From: Vicugna vicugna
Lineage: Eukaryota
Length of the DNA stretch: 64,000 nucleotides
Reading direction: 5' to 3'
Assembly: GCA_013265495.1 (NCBI GenBank)
Contig: MU058423.1
Coordinates: 4,696,793-4,760,792 of the forward strand
Below, piece after piece: positions 25,025 to 38,670 of the stretch; the stretch's first letter is position 1, and each line of letters starts with the position of its first letter. The notes under the pieces were generated by a model, which saw only the letters and a program-made list of their open reading frames with translations, did no database searches and was not told the origin of the DNA. The translations under genes were made by a program, and so were the position numbers.

Positions 25025-25168
25025 GGGGAGGATATAGCTCAAGTGGTAGAGTGCATGCCTAACATGCACAAGGTCCTGGGTTCAATCCCTAGTACCTCCT
25101 CTAAAAAAGAAATAAACCTACTCCCCCCTACCCCCCACCAAAAGACAAAAACCACCCACAGAACGAAA
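25025..25168 (+). mobile_element. vic-1-type camelid SINE with 12-bp TSD
   Basis: GGGGAGGATATAGCTCAAGTGGTAGAGTGCATGCCTAACATGCACAAGGTCCTGGGTTCAATCCCTAGTACCTCC; TSD CAAGAAATTGTC (25012-25023) / CAAGAAATCATC (25169-25180). Confidence 0.9.
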
Positions 25169-26369
25169 CAAGAAATCATCTTTCCAGTTGGGTTATATTG
25201 TGACCCAAAAGACATCTGTTTGGCTGTCACAAAGATAAAGTATTAGAAACTGTACCTAAGAAACTAGTGTTTTTCCTTTTCTGTTTATCAGCTTTGAATT
25301 TTATGTACCAGACTGTTTCTTTCCAAATCTGCAAAAGCGTGTGTTAACATTGCATCCCTATGTAGGCTAATCTAAGATCTTGTAGCCTGGTGTTCTTACT
25401 AGCACGTGTTAATCTTTCTTTCTCTGTATGAAACTGTCAGACTTATCTGAACATCAGTCACCCTCAATAGTATCCTGGGGAAAACAATCACAGAGTAGAG
25501 GATATGAGAACAACAATTAATAAGCAGTATTAAATCTATCAGAAGGGTATGGAAAAGAACACTCAGTCATTCCACTCGCTTTAATTTGCTGAGAGGAGCA
25601 GCCTTCACACCTGAGTCACAGTCATAGCTTGGTTTTCTCTCAAATAAGCCCATGCTTGTCTGAAGCAATGAGGGCTGGGGGGACAAGAACAGGGCACATG
25701 CTAATGAAATGCCCTGCAGGACAAGGGCATTTGACAGTAAGTGTTGTAAGGAGGAATCGCATAGCCTGTATTCAAAATCCCTTATTAAGCAAGCATTGAA
25801 GACGTCGTTGTCCATCAGATGCGCCACAGAAAACCAGCTGTAAAAATCAGAAACTGTTATCGGTTGCAGTCTGAACGCAAGCCATAATAAGATTATTGTG
25901 AAATATGTATCTTTTTTTAACTAAAATGGGAACATTCTATAACGTTTTAAGTTTGCTGTAAATGTGGCTTGATCTTGCAGTTCTCCGCTTAGTGTTTTGC
26001 GTGCTTAGGTTTATAAACGACATTATTTAAAGGACTAACCAAATGCTAGTCTGTGGTATTATGTACAGCCCCATAAGGCCAGAGCATTTAAGACCAATTT
26101 ATCTCTATAGCCATTAAGGAAAAAAAAATGTACCTGCCACTTACTGATGCTTTGTAATGCTCCCCAAGAACCAGGATTGCACCTTCAGGTTTCTGGATTA
26201 ACTCCTGAAACATGACAGCTTTTCTAGAAATAGAATTTCAGTCCCTGCCAAATTAGTTTAAAATAATGATCTTTTATTACTTGCTCTTTTATTGGAGCAT
26301 CATTGCTTCGTGTGAAATATTTATTACTGTTAATGGCACAAATTTCTTGTGGATAAATGCAGTGTTCAA

Positions 26370-27010
26370 TGGATGTGTGTTGAGTATGATCTAGATGCCA
26401 GGTGCTGGTTTACGCACTAGAGATATGAGGATGCTACAATAAACTGTCTCTGCTTTCAGGCTCTTGTCTAGGAGAGAAGGTACGAGTAAACCCAGCACGG
26501 CAAGTGCTGAGACAGAATCATGTGAAGGCTGTCACGGGAGCGTGGAACATGACGAGAGGGAAGGGACTCTTTCAACACCTCTTGGGGCATGTGTAAGGAC
26601 ATGGGAGCTATGTCTTAAAGAAGGACAGAGTTAGGAGGAGAGTGCAATACGGAGGAGAGAGAAACAGGCACGGCAGGGCGAGATTTCAGGCAATGAGAAT
26701 AGCTTGTGCAAGGCAGACTTTGTAGGCCACCATAGTATGTTTCAAGAACTCTTTGCTTGTCTGTTACGAAACACGGAGTGTTTGTGTATGTGGGGTGGCT
26801 ACATCAGGGTGGTGGGGGTATTTGGTAGAAATAGAGCTGAAAGTCTAAAGTGAGCGGTTGGATGATTAAAAACACAAACAAGCCCACAGGCTGTGCGAGA
26901 GAACTTGAGCTTGGTCTGTGGGTAACAGGAGCCTACTGGACATGTAGAAGCAGGGGCATAACGTGTGATCACATTGGCGTTGTAGAAGCCTGAGGGTAAG
27001 CGGATGAAAG
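26370..27010 (-). mobile_element. L2 LINE fragment
   Basis: TTGAGTATGATCTAGATGCCAGGTGCTG...; CAGGCAATGAGAATAGCTTGTGCAAGGC; TGTGATCACATTGGCGTTGTAGAAG. Confidence 0.65.
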
Positions 27011-30000
27011 GGACGGGTGAGTTTGAGAATCCTTGTACCTTTGCTCTTGCTATAATGGGAGCATGGCTTTCCAAGGGAAAGAAAACCTGCGATGATAGAG
27101 TTTCAATCTTCACACTTTACTGAGGTTTTTAGAGCCAATGAAGTCTGTAAGGAAACTTAAACCCATAATTTTTTTAAAAGGCAGAATGTCCAGCCATTAA
27201 GTCAATATTTTAGAAATTTTCTATCCTTTATGCTGTCACTTATTTATTTACTTACTTTTATTTGTTTGTTTACTTTTTAATTAAAACCTCTCCTGGTTTC
27301 CCTACTAGACTGTACAAAGCGTGAAGGAAGCTCTGTGTCTGTCATAGTCTCATACTCAAAAGTCAGCTTGGCATCTGACATTTACGGAAGTGTAACAAGT
27401 AGTTCTTGAGATGATAGGAACCGGCTTGAAGTTTTGGTTCCTACATTTTCATTAAAATGTATTGTTAGGTCATCTTCAAGAAAAGCAGAGTTAAGCCATA
27501 TATATATTTGTGCTGTATGATTCATACAAGAATGGTTGGGAGGCTCTTTGCCTGGCTATCTTAAAAAAATAAGTCTAGCAGCAAACGAGTATAGGTAAAA
27601 AATTATTCACGTCCTTGGAAATGAGACCCATTGAATTTTCCAGTTCACTCTGAGGTTCTTCAAAGAGTACATAGTTCACATTTCCCATGCTGGGAGGCAA
27701 AAGTGTCACTGATTTATGTGCTAAGCAGTATTCCATCAGGCAGTGAAATATTTTAGGGCAAAAGGCCAAGAATGAGAGAGTGAAGGAACACCTGGAGACA
27801 CAAATTAGGGGTAGAGAATGAATATGCTAATTATGGGATGTTCCCAGAAGCTGGTGGTCCAACAACCAGGGAACATTACATTAGAAGTGAAAATTAGGCA
27901 ATTAGTCCTTTTTTTCCACCCCTCTCTCTGCCTGCACACCCACTCTATGCCACTTTGCCCACTGGACAGATAAGCCATAATTTTCTCTAATGTTTTTGCT
28001 CAAGTCCTTCTTCACCTCCAGTTAATACCATCAAAACTGTTTGAGATGAGCCTCCTCCAGCCAACTTCCCTCATTTCTCATTAAGGGGCTGTGAGGTATG
28101 AACTAGAAGCACCTGCAGTGTGCCAAGTACTGCCCCATTCAGAAAGAGATGGGGCATCCTTACTTCCAAGATCTCCTATTTCTGTTGGGAAAATAGACCG
28201 TATATCAGGCCTACAGGGTCGCAAATGAAGTGTGTGATCGAGGTCGGTACATGCTTTCATAAGGGTGGTGAAAGGGCAGACACACTTCAGGTGGAGGCAG
28301 CACAGAGACAGGAGGGAGTATGAGCGAGAGTTAGCCAGGACGAAGGTGGAAGGCAAGGTGCTCCACCCAGAGCGTCCGAGGGGTTTGAAATACTAAGAGA
28401 AAGAGAAAGCATGGCAGCTCATAGAAGCCCAGGTGAGAAGTCAGGCACAGCAGATGTTAAGCTCCCATCCCGTTCCCTCTCTCCTCATTACCTCACCAAG
28501 CTTTATTTCATCTTTTCTGGGTTACTGATTTTCAATCAATGTTTTTCTAACCATTTTGCTCTTGACATCGTCACCTGTATCTGTCATTCCCTTGCCTCCT
28601 TGTCTTTTGGCTACTCCTCACTTCCCCAGGCATCTCCCTACGTGGAGGATTTAACTGGGGAATCTGCTTTTGGTCTGGAGTTCTCGCTCTGCCCTGCCTC
28701 TGCGGGTCATCCCATTTACTTCTGTGAGTCCAGGTAGTAGAGAGTGTCTGTTCACCAGTCTACATCACTAGCATTTCCAAGCTCAGCGTATCAGCTGCCT
28801 CAAGCTGTTCTGTATGCACTTGAACTCTCATAGAAATTTATTTTAATCCCCCTGTCCAAACCCACATCTGCTCTGCTTCCTGTAATCTTGGTTTGCGTTA
28901 ACAACATCATTATTTAAGTAGCCTCTAATCTAGAAATCTCTTTTCCATTCTCAAATCCTCTGTTTCACGTCCACCACATCGCTCACTAAAATCTTTTCCA
29001 GATGATCCAGCCGAGTTTTTCAAATTACTAATACGTTAGACTTCTGTCTCCTTTCTGCTCGCCCTTCTGAAATGAGCTCCCTGGCACCGGGGATTGTTCT
29101 TACTGCTTCTGGAGTGATCTCCGACCTCCCTCCTCAAAAGAATGACACCAGGATCGACAACAGTAAACTTGATCTTGTTTCTCCTGCAGCATTAAGTAAA
29201 ACTGCCTCACCAAGTAGGCGTTTACGATTTTCTTTCGGTGCCTGATTACAGTAAACAGAACCAGCGTATTGATGGTTGTATGACTCTATGCTTGTGTGAC
29301 ACTTGAAAATCGCCCCCCCCCTTTTTAAGAAAAAAAGATGAGCAGATCTCAGGGACAAAACCTCCACAGGTAACAAAATGCGTAGCCAGAATTTAGAAAA
29401 ATTTGTTTTGTTTTTATAATTATTTTAGGACACTCCAAAACCAGATTTGTCTTCCCTCTCTGATCTGAGTTCTCCTTTTATTCTTTTAGTTTCAATGAAG
29501 CGGACATAGAGGAGACACACAGCAGTCAGAGATTTTTGTTTGTTTTCACTCCTCACCCCCCTTTTTTTTTCCCTCCGACCAAGACAATGCTAACAACATG
29601 GCTATGCTTCCAGCACTGCTTTCGTTCTCTGGTCAGAGGTGGGATGACCACAGTCGTCAGCAGGGCCTCTGGACCAGAGGTGGGTGGACACTCAGACCGC
29701 AGTTCCACTGCACGGGCATCATCAGACAATCTCTGCCCGGAATCTGTGTTAACCCCCTGGAGGCGGAATCCCCGTGCCCGGGTGACCTCCCATCACACCT
29801 CTCTGGTTTCATTTTAGCAGTCACGGTGTCATCTCGTGTTTTCTCTGGGAACAAGTTGCTCTCCATTCACTAATACAAATATTAAAAAACAAGAAATTGT
29901 ATAATTTCCTATCAGGAAAGCTTCTTGTAGGATTTCTTTTTCTCCCAAATAGTATGTTCTCTTTCCTGGCTGCAGTGTATGTGTAATTTGTCTCATGGGA

Positions 30001-30744
30001 AAGAAGTCATAAATCTTGGTGTAACTTGCTTGATAGTCACGGTTTGTTCATTTCATTTTTTCCTCCTCTTAATAAAGAAAACGGTTTCCATTCACGTGGA
30101 ATGTCAGGAATCTCCAGGCCATTAGGCTCAGGACTGACATCGATAACTTCTGTTTTATTGAGTGATACACACTTTCCATTTTTGACCATTAATAAAAATT
30201 ATAAATTTAATGTAATGAATGTATTTTTAAAAAATATTAAGTAAGTAATACTATGGGTGGTACATGGATTTAAGAAACATTTTCAAGATGGTAGATGAAA
30301 AGTCTGAAGTTTAGACTGACTTTGAGGCTCAGTGACTTTGAGGTGAAAGTTTGGCTTTTGTTAGCCTTGCCATCCTTAGCTTTGAATCCCAGTTCCAGCC
30401 CCCAACACAAGCAATCAGCAAATCTTATTTATTAGTTACTGTTCTCAGTTTCTCTCTCAGATATTTTTTTCCTCTGCTATTTAGTTTCCTCCTCCTAAGA
30501 AAAGACACTAAGAAAAAGTACACACCTGGCTACAACTTATTTTTCAATTCTTATCTTCTACCAAAGGATCCAGTTTAAGCAGAGATTTGCTATTTTTTTA
30601 GTATGTTCTGTGTCTCTCCACACTGACACTTCACTTACCAGCCCTTGCCTGGTATGCTGACTGCCAACTGTAAACACAGCATCGTCCATCTCTTCCTCTG
30701 TAATGCAGAGGTGAAACCAGGAAACACCTTTCCCAGACGTGTCA

Positions 30745-31239
30745 CCTTAGTGTCAGTGCTATAAAAACAATGGCTATTTTATTATATGCACGAATTTTAT
30801 GAGTTAGGAATTTCAACAGGCACGGAAGGTTTGACTTGTCTCTTAACACAATTATTAGAGCCTCATATCGGAAGGTTCAAATGTCTGAATAATCCGGAAA
30901 CTTTCTTACTCAAATGTCTGGTCTCAGCTGGAACGCTCCTCATGTTTCTTAAATTTTCTTATAGCATGGCAGCTGGGTTCTGAGAGAGAAGATCCCAAAA
31001 ATTAGAGTCAAGAGAACCAGGAGGAAGCCCATGCCTTTTATGACTTAGCTTCAGAAGTCACCTCGTGTCACTTTTGCTGTGCTCTGTAGGAAGCAGACCT
31101 ACAAGTCTGTCTAGATCCAAGATGTGGGGATGATGACCCCATATCCTGGTGAGGAAGGATTTATAGGGCCTATGTGGGGATGATGACCCCATATCCTGGT
31201 GAGGAAGGATTTATAGGGCCATATTTTAAAACTGCCACA
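30745..31239 (-). mobile_element. MaLR LTR (MLT1H/J-like) carrying a 50-bp tandem duplication
   Basis: AGCATGGCAGCTGGGTTC...TTTTATGACTTAGCTTCAGAAGTCAC...TTTTAAAACTGCCACA terminus. Confidence 0.7.
31121..31220. repeat. Tandem duplication, period 50 bp, 2 copies
   Basis: 31122-31170 is identical to 31172-31220 (ATGTGGGGATGATGACCCCATATCCTGGTGAGGAAGGATTTATAGGGCC). Confidence 0.95.
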
Positions 31240-32039
31240 TGCACATGTCAAGTCCAAACGTGAGTCTCTATTTTTCAAAAAGGTGAATGATAGATTGTCT
31301 ATTTCCTTAAAGTGCTTTTTTGGTTTGCTTGTTACCATGTAACAAAATAGTTAGTATCCTTTTGAAAGGGTTCAGCTGTTACTGAAACTAGTCATTTTTA
31401 GAATTAAATTGAGTGAATGGCAATGGTGCAGAGGAATGCCATCTTGGACACAGTGAAAGCAAGTTTGCAGAATTAGCAGCCACTCTTTCAGATGCAGGGC
31501 CAGGTGCAGGGTCAGCTCTGGATGGTGCAGTCAGAAAGAGGGTGGCTATCTTCCCACTGCTTGCCTGAGAGATGAGCGTCTGCTGGTCGGGGCGTGATTG
31601 CTTTATGTCGCATCTTGTCCTTTATCTTCTTGATGGTGATACTGGGCTCCACCTCCAGGGTGATGATCTTTATGTTCTGGACTGTGAAGTGGCTCAGTGC
31701 ACTAACAAGCTACAATAATCTTTTCCCTTTTCTGTGGTTTTTCATCCCTGTGAACTTTTCTTGAAGCATTCATCTCGTTGTTTATTGCATTGTTATTTTT
31801 GTATCTAGCATATCTTTCTCATTAGCACTTTCAGAGAATTTAAGAGAATTTTGTACTTTGGATAGTAGCTTGCACAGTATCATGTGTCTATGATATTCGT
31901 GACATTAATTGAATTGGATTTTCTCTGCCTGTAGTAAGAATTTAAGATGTTCAATGTTTTGTGAAAATGGCTCCACACCAAATGGCTTATAGAATGTTGA
32001 TCAGTGTTAAATTCAGTCTCAGAGAAATTGTGTTTTTTT

Positions 32040-33330
32040 GCAAATTCATTTCTTCAACGAGGTATATTGAGCCTGTGTACTACACCATGTTGGCTACAGA
32101 GATAAACTACAACCTTGGCAGACGTGAATCCTGCCCTCTTGGAGCAGATGATGTGGAGAGAGATACAGATAAGGAGCCTGCCATTGCCTTATAAGTGCTG
32201 AATTAGTAAAGTCCAGGGTGCAGCGGGAACAAAGGCAAGGTGGCAACTAGACTGAACACAGAGGAGAAAGGCTCCCAGGGGTATGTGACATCAAAGCGGG
32301 GGCAAATAGGACAAATAGGGGCCATGGATATGAAGTGTGGATTCCAACAGCAAAAAGTGTTCCAGACAAATGAACAGCTTCTATCATGAGCGACGTGTTG
32401 CTTGGAGAGCTCAGGAAATGAGCTCAGTGTGGAGTTCAGTAAGGAAGAGGAACATGGCAAAGGGACAGCAAGGAATAATGTTTAAGTGGGAAACCGGGTA
32501 GAATTATAATGTAAGCTAGGAATTTTGATTTTTATTGTGAGGGAAATGAAGAATCTTTGGTGGATTTTAAGCAGTGAACTGTCAGAACCAGAATTATATT
32601 TAGGAACAGAGAACAGATGATGAGAGACAACTTGTGTAGGGAGATCTGTTAACAGGCCAAGAGGTGATGGTGGCTGACGTGTTGATTTTTGGACTTCTGA
32701 CCTCCAGCACTGTGAAAGAATACATTTCTGCTGTTTCAAGCTACTGTATTTGTGATGGTTTGTTACAAAAGCAGTTGAAAAATAACACAGCCATGATGAG
32801 TTTTAAAGTCTGTGGGACGTTCAAGTCAGAGGTCGGGTAGGCGACTGGACCAGTGGGTGTGATGCTAAGGAGAAAGAAGACCTGGTGGTGGAGACAGTGG
32901 AGGGTGTGTCACCAACACTGAGCTGGCCCTGGACGCAGTGAAGTTGGAAGCGAATGGCCATGGGCACGTGAAATGAAGAGAACTGGTCCCCGAACAGAAT
33001 CCAGGGGACCACCAACCTTTAACTGTTGACCACGAAGTTTAAATTGAGAAGTAGCCTTCCAAGCAGAAGAAAGTTAAGGAGAGCAAAGAGTCAGGACAAA
33101 CGAAGGAAAGATAATATTTTAATTGCATGGATTTGGTTAACAGTGTCCAATGCTGCTAAAAGTAATTAACTAAAACATGTTTAAGTAATCTGAGTATTAA
33201 AAAGTGACTATTGGATGGGAAGGAGCCACTAGGGGAGAGATTAAAAAGTGAACAAACTGAAAGTGCACTGAATTCCAGGTCCCTTAGAAGGGAGAAAAAC
33301 ACTATAGCAAGTGGAATCGGAGGGGATGCA
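32040..33330 (-). mobile_element. L2 LINE fragments interrupted by a MaLR LTR piece
   Basis: ATTCATTTCTTCAACGAGGTATATTGAGCCTG...CTGCCCTCTTGGAGC; GGATTTTAAGCAG; AACAGTGTCCAATGCTGCTAA. Confidence 0.65.
32660..32789 (+). mobile_element. MLT1 (A-D-type) LTR 3' fragment
   Basis: TTGGACTTCTGACCTCCAGCACTGTGAAAGAATACATTTCTGCTGTTTCAAGC...TTTGTTACAAAAGCAG...TAACACA. Confidence 0.8.
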
Positions 33331-35774
33331 GCCACCCAGGGCAGAAGGAGACACTGCCTTTTTCTGGATTGGGAGATGTGGTAACAGTAGCAAAGGAGAA
33401 TACAGAGCATGCCTTAGATGTGGAAGAGAAACAATTCCTTGCTCTGTTCTGCTTTTTAAAAATACATGCTGTGACAGTTACTGATTATGTAAAGCCCGGT
33501 GCATGGAATAATGAATAAGTGATTTATAGTGGTTTCTAATTTAAATATTTAATGAAAAACATGTTGCTTTATTAGGAAGAAATTGACAGAGAAGGTGAGA
33601 GTAGAAGCCTCAGAACAGCGGAACAGTTGAAATAACTTAGACTCTAGGTGAGGTTAAAATGCCATAAATAAGTTAATACAACAAAATAAAACAAAATCAG
33701 ACTTACACTCATCATAAAAGAAAAAAAAAAGAAACCTTAAGAATATGATCCTGAGTGAACTAGTAAGTAATAAAAGGATTTAGTTCAACACTGATGAAAA
33801 AAGTCAGGGGATGTTTTAGGAAATTGAGAGTATTCAATTTATTCAATTTCTTATCAAATATATATCATTCATCTACTATCAGCCAGTAACTTCCCAGTAA
33901 GGAAGGGTGAAATATTAGGAAATAGAGAATATGAGTGCCACAGTATTTATTATTTAGCTCCCACTGAAACCATGATTGACTCTGTAACAGCATCCTCACC
34001 ACATCCTTATCTTGGTGATGTAGTTAGCGTTGGCTTCATTGATGGGATGTTTTATTTATTGAGCCATAAACCAAAAGAAATTATGTTACAAGAGCATAAA
34101 GACACACACACACACACGACCCAGATTTCCCTAGATTGCCTTAAAGATAGTCCAGGTAAATACGTGGCTGCAGTGCAGGCAATTTGACTTTTAGGTGCAA
34201 CAAGGTAAGAGAGCTTCTATCTATCTATCTGTGCGTCTAGATTCATATAGATATAGATAGGAGAGCGTGTACATGACCTTTATGGTGTAAATTAGCATAA
34301 CCAAAGTTTCTCTTATGAGACTGACCTTTTATAGATATTTTACTTGATCTATTCATATATATAAATATCATAGAAAAGAGAGACCACCCTGCGAAATATA
34401 CTGTCAAGCATCAGAGATTAAATTGGTTTGTTCTGTAATTCTGGCAAAGTGCACACAGGAGAAACGCCATGGACATGTTTGGGAGGTGCATGATAATGGG
34501 AGGGTCCTGGCAGTTTGTTCAGGAAAGCAGTGAAGCAAAGCTAACGGGAAGATTCAAATGCTCCCTAGCATAAAAAAAAAAAAAAGAAATTAATCAAAAG
34601 TTGAATTTTTTCCCCCTGCAAAGTACACAGTTTCAGTGAATTCTTCCTGAAATAATTATAAATTGCTCGTCGATGAGCTTGAATCATCATATTCAATTGG
34701 AAGGAATTGAAAGTGTCATCTTGATGACCGACAGTGATGAGAAGACATGATGCAGGAATTTAGCTGGTTGTAGAAACTGGATCAAAGCTCATGATCCAAA
34801 TGAAAAAAAAAAAAAAACATATAAATCACCTTAACATTAGAACTTGATACATGTATCTGTATAAATATGTACTCTATAGATATACAAATGCATTTTATGA
34901 AGGTTGATAATGCCTTTTAATTCTTTAGAGATATTGTAGACACACTGGATCCCGTTTTGTACAATCAGGGCACTTATAAGAGAAGTTTTAGCCTGGATTT
35001 ATAAATTCTCCCCACAAAATCATTCAAATAAAACCAACCTAATAACAAGCAGTCTTGGAATCTTACCTAGCAAATGACACAAGCCAGAAATGTATTCTGT
35101 CGATTTTTACGGAGTAACTTTCTTGACGATTCCTCCCCAGACTTAAGAACTCTCAAGCACAAAAGTTCTCTTCAGCATTAGCCTGGCCTTGCCACCAGTG
35201 GCCCTTAGCACAGGAAGAGAGAATGAATAAGAGGACGGCTGTTAGGTGTGCTAGCTCCTAGCATGTACGACGTGGCTCAGAAAGGAACCTGGATCCTTGG
35301 GAAATAATGACCATTTTACCTGAGCTAATGCCTGGAAGCAAGGCTTCGGATAATGAGCCCCACCAGGGGGGCGTCTGCTCAGCGCCTGTCGAGGAGGTAG
35401 GCGATGAGACAGGGAGCTTGAGCCCGGCTGGATGCAAGCCCTGTGTCTTAAACTAGGTCGGGTACATTGTTTCCATTGAAAATGAGAAGGAACACTCACG
35501 AAGCAGAAATTTTTCTGGGAGAAGGCTTGGAAATGTGCAGCGAGTGGACCTATTCCTGCTGAATTCTGCACGGCCTTTGGAGGTGGCCCACCTTGACCTT
35601 CATTAGCGACAGCCACACAGTGACACACAGACATAGATGCTCTAGAACTCGCTATCTCACACCAGTCATTATTGGGAATGTAGTCATGGATATGGTCTGG
35701 GAGACACAAGTACTGTTGTATGGACTTGTGTTCTCTTTTAGCAGTTGTCAAACAGTGAATAACAGAGCAGGAAT

Positions 35775-36080
35775 CACAGAAACAGACTCACAGATACGGA
35801 AAACAAACTTACAGTCACCAAAGGGGAAAGGAGTGAGGAGGGGTAAGTTAGGAGTTTGGGATTAGCAGATACACACGACCACATACAAACTAGATAAGCA
35901 ACAAGGTCCTACTGTAGAGCACAGGCAACTATAGTCAACAGCCTGTAATAACCTGTAATGAAAAAGCATATGAAAAAGAATATATATAATATATATATAT
36001 GTCTGAATCACTATGCTGTACACCAAGAACTAAATTATAAATCGATTATATTTCAATTAAAAAGAAAAGATAAAATATAA
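35775..36080 (+). mobile_element. 5'-truncated artiodactyl-type L1 3' end
   Basis: ACAGAAACAGACTCACAGA...AACAAGGTCCTACTGTAGAGCACAGGCAACTATA...GAATCACTATGCTGTACACC, then A-rich tail. Confidence 0.85.
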
Positions 36081-38469
36081 TGGGAGATTGATACTGAAGA
36101 ACACTACATGCCCCCTGTCCACTTTTCCACTCTACAGTGTGCAATGGTTTATTCCTAATTATTTGAACGCAAGCCTTGGTTAATAAGAATTCTTTCTTCT
36201 AAGTTTTTTTTTTTACACTAAATTTACTACATGCTTTCCACTTAAATAATTTTCCATCTATCTGGGCCTAAAACTATGAATATTTTTCTTATGTGTGGGA
36301 AATTATTACCCTGTAGACTAATTAGGATGCCCATCCTTAGCGTTCCTAAATGAATTTAGAAAAGGAACCCATAATGACGAATACAAATTTGGAAAGAGTT
36401 CAACTTAAAATGAAAGGTCTTATGGAAATGATGTCATTAAAAGGAAGCTTTGCCTAGAAATAGGTTTTCACATACGTCTGTACCTTTGTGGTAATGGCAC
36501 TTATATGCATTCCATAATGACATCTCTTTTTCTTTTCCCATAACATTCATTAAGCTTTTTTTTTAAATGTTCCCTACTCTCTAAACTCACTTGTTAAGAA
36601 TAACACATTCATTTGCTAGTGCTTGCATTAACTCTTATGATTCCATCGCTCACTGGCCGAAAGCCTAGCAGGGTTTGAAAAGCTTTGGGGATTTGTGGTT
36701 CTTTCACAATGATTTGTGGCAATATTTGTGGCATTCTATGTAACATGAATGTGCTGAAGATTGCAAATTTATTTTAAAAACTGGAGTGGAGGTACGAAAT
36801 TGAAGAAACTGGTAGAATAATTGCTTTCAATGAAAAATATCAGCTACTATGGGATCAGTAAAATAGTAATAATAATAGTGATATGAATAATTATATCAAC
36901 TTTGGACATTTATGTCAACAGAATCCATTAAGCATTTTTGAAAGAAATGTATGGGAATGTGAGTCAGATGACTTCTTTGATCAGAAGTTGAGCAGAGGTG
37001 TTCTAACATCTTGCCTCAGTGTTGAAAACAGCAGGGCCAACTACATGCTGGATAAAACGGTTTTCCTGTTTTCCCACAGACAGCCTTACCAGGGCATTAT
37101 CAAAGCCAACGCTGTGTGGTCAAGCGTTACACGCATCATTGCAACATGACAAAAACTCTTTCATAAATGCCAAACGTATCATGGTTTAACCACTTACCAA
37201 GTGGCCTTCTGCAGTATCACGCAACGTTAATCACATCAAGCTGCGAAGAATTCATAGCTAGACCTAGCCTTTTACTTGTCAGTTGAAATAGTTGACTTTG
37301 ATTTAATTAGTCTCGGTTGCTTTTTCGGGAAGGCTAGGGAGATCTAGAGGAAGTTGCTTGGTGCATTATTAATTTGCTACATCTTTATTGTAGTGCCAAC
37401 ACTGTTTATCCCATTTCGAATTCTCCATGTCCCCTTCTCTGGCAGTGACAGCTGTTGTGGCTGCTACAGCCACTTTTTTTTTCTTTTTTTCCCCCTGACT
37501 GAAAGGGCAGCCTGCAGCTGCTTTGTTTCCAAGGCTGAGTGAAGGGCTCACTCTGCAGAGGGCTCTAATGGCTTAGAAAGTGTCCCTCTCTCCTTCGTCA
37601 TCAAGTATCTCTCCTTCAGGAAGTGATCATGTTCTGCCAGCTCAAGAAGCTGGGACTTTGAGATTGTTCCTTGACTTGACAACCTAAAATCCTCTTCTGC
37701 CTTCCTGTGTAACAGGAATGACCCATTTCTAAATTGAAAACATCGACTTCTACCTAACTCATTCAATTTCAGGTTGTCATATTTGGGCAACAGTGTCTTC
37801 CTCCCAGAATTCTAGGGATGCCAGTGCCCACCTATGCTCTACTTTATTGCATTCCTGTGTATATTCCTGGTGTGTATAGCTCTACAGATTTAAAGAGTGT
37901 AAAACATCACTTTCAGGTAACCATGATGGATGAAGATACTGCGTGACACTTTCGTACCTAGAATACTAATTTTTCTTCCATTTCCAATTAAAACCAGCCA
38001 ATTCCTTAACATAAGTGGAGTTTTCTTACATAAGTTTATATAAGTTTCTCACATTTCTATTCCATTGACTTCCAGCTCCAGATTTCTCTTTCACTGAGGC
38101 ACCCTCCCCAGCAATTGCAAACTGTCAACTGAGTTTACAAAATATCGCATCCCTTCCATCACTGAGTCCCATTCAATTGAATACATCATACAGAAGCATC
38201 AGAAATGGAAACGCTAACCCTGGAAAAATAAGATAGAAGTGCAGATTTCTTTTTTGCCTGCCTTGAGGATTAATCCAAATGGGCTAGATTAAAATGACTG
38301 CTTCTGAGACATGTCTTTTCAAAAATAATCTCTGCTACTATATGAATATAATTCACACCCTTGGGAGAGTTGAACTTAAATATTTATTTTGTCAAAATGC
38401 ATGATTCAAAGTTTTGTAGTGCTTTTTTGAAATCTATTCTGTCGTTATTTCCAAACATTTTGAAGCAGC

Positions 38470-38670
38470 GCCCATTGAGTTTATTTACATAATTCCTTAT
38501 AGCATAAGTTATGATGGAAGTCTTTCGAATCCTCAAATGAAAGCTGAGTAACTCAAGCTTCATGAGGGTTAAATAACTTGCTCATGGGAACACGCAACCT
38601 GTGATGGGCAGAGATAGAATTTGCATCCAGAGCTTTGACTAACAATAACATCTATCTTTTTACTGCCATA
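38470..38670 (-). mobile_element. MIR fragment
   Basis: GAGGGTTAAATAACTTGCTCATGG...GCAGAGATAGAATTTGCATCCAG. Confidence 0.6.

Noticed and set aside
25025..25100. tRNA-like sequence with A and B boxes (also at ~3930-4003 and ~22755-22830)
   Set aside because: It is the head of a repeated SINE with A-rich tail and TSD, not a tRNA gene.
31121..31220. Direct repeats of 36-50 bp (also 61571-61655) superficially like CRISPR repeats
   Set aside because: Only two copies, no unique spacer series or cas genes, and the DNA is mammalian.
35358..35376. CTCF-like motif CCACCAGGGGGGCG
   Set aside because: One extra G breaks the core spacing of CCACCAGGGGGCG; not supportable without a matrix score or ChIP data.
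35251..35751. 166-aa minus-strand ORF
   Set aside because: No recognisable protein similarity or exon structure; compatible with chance.
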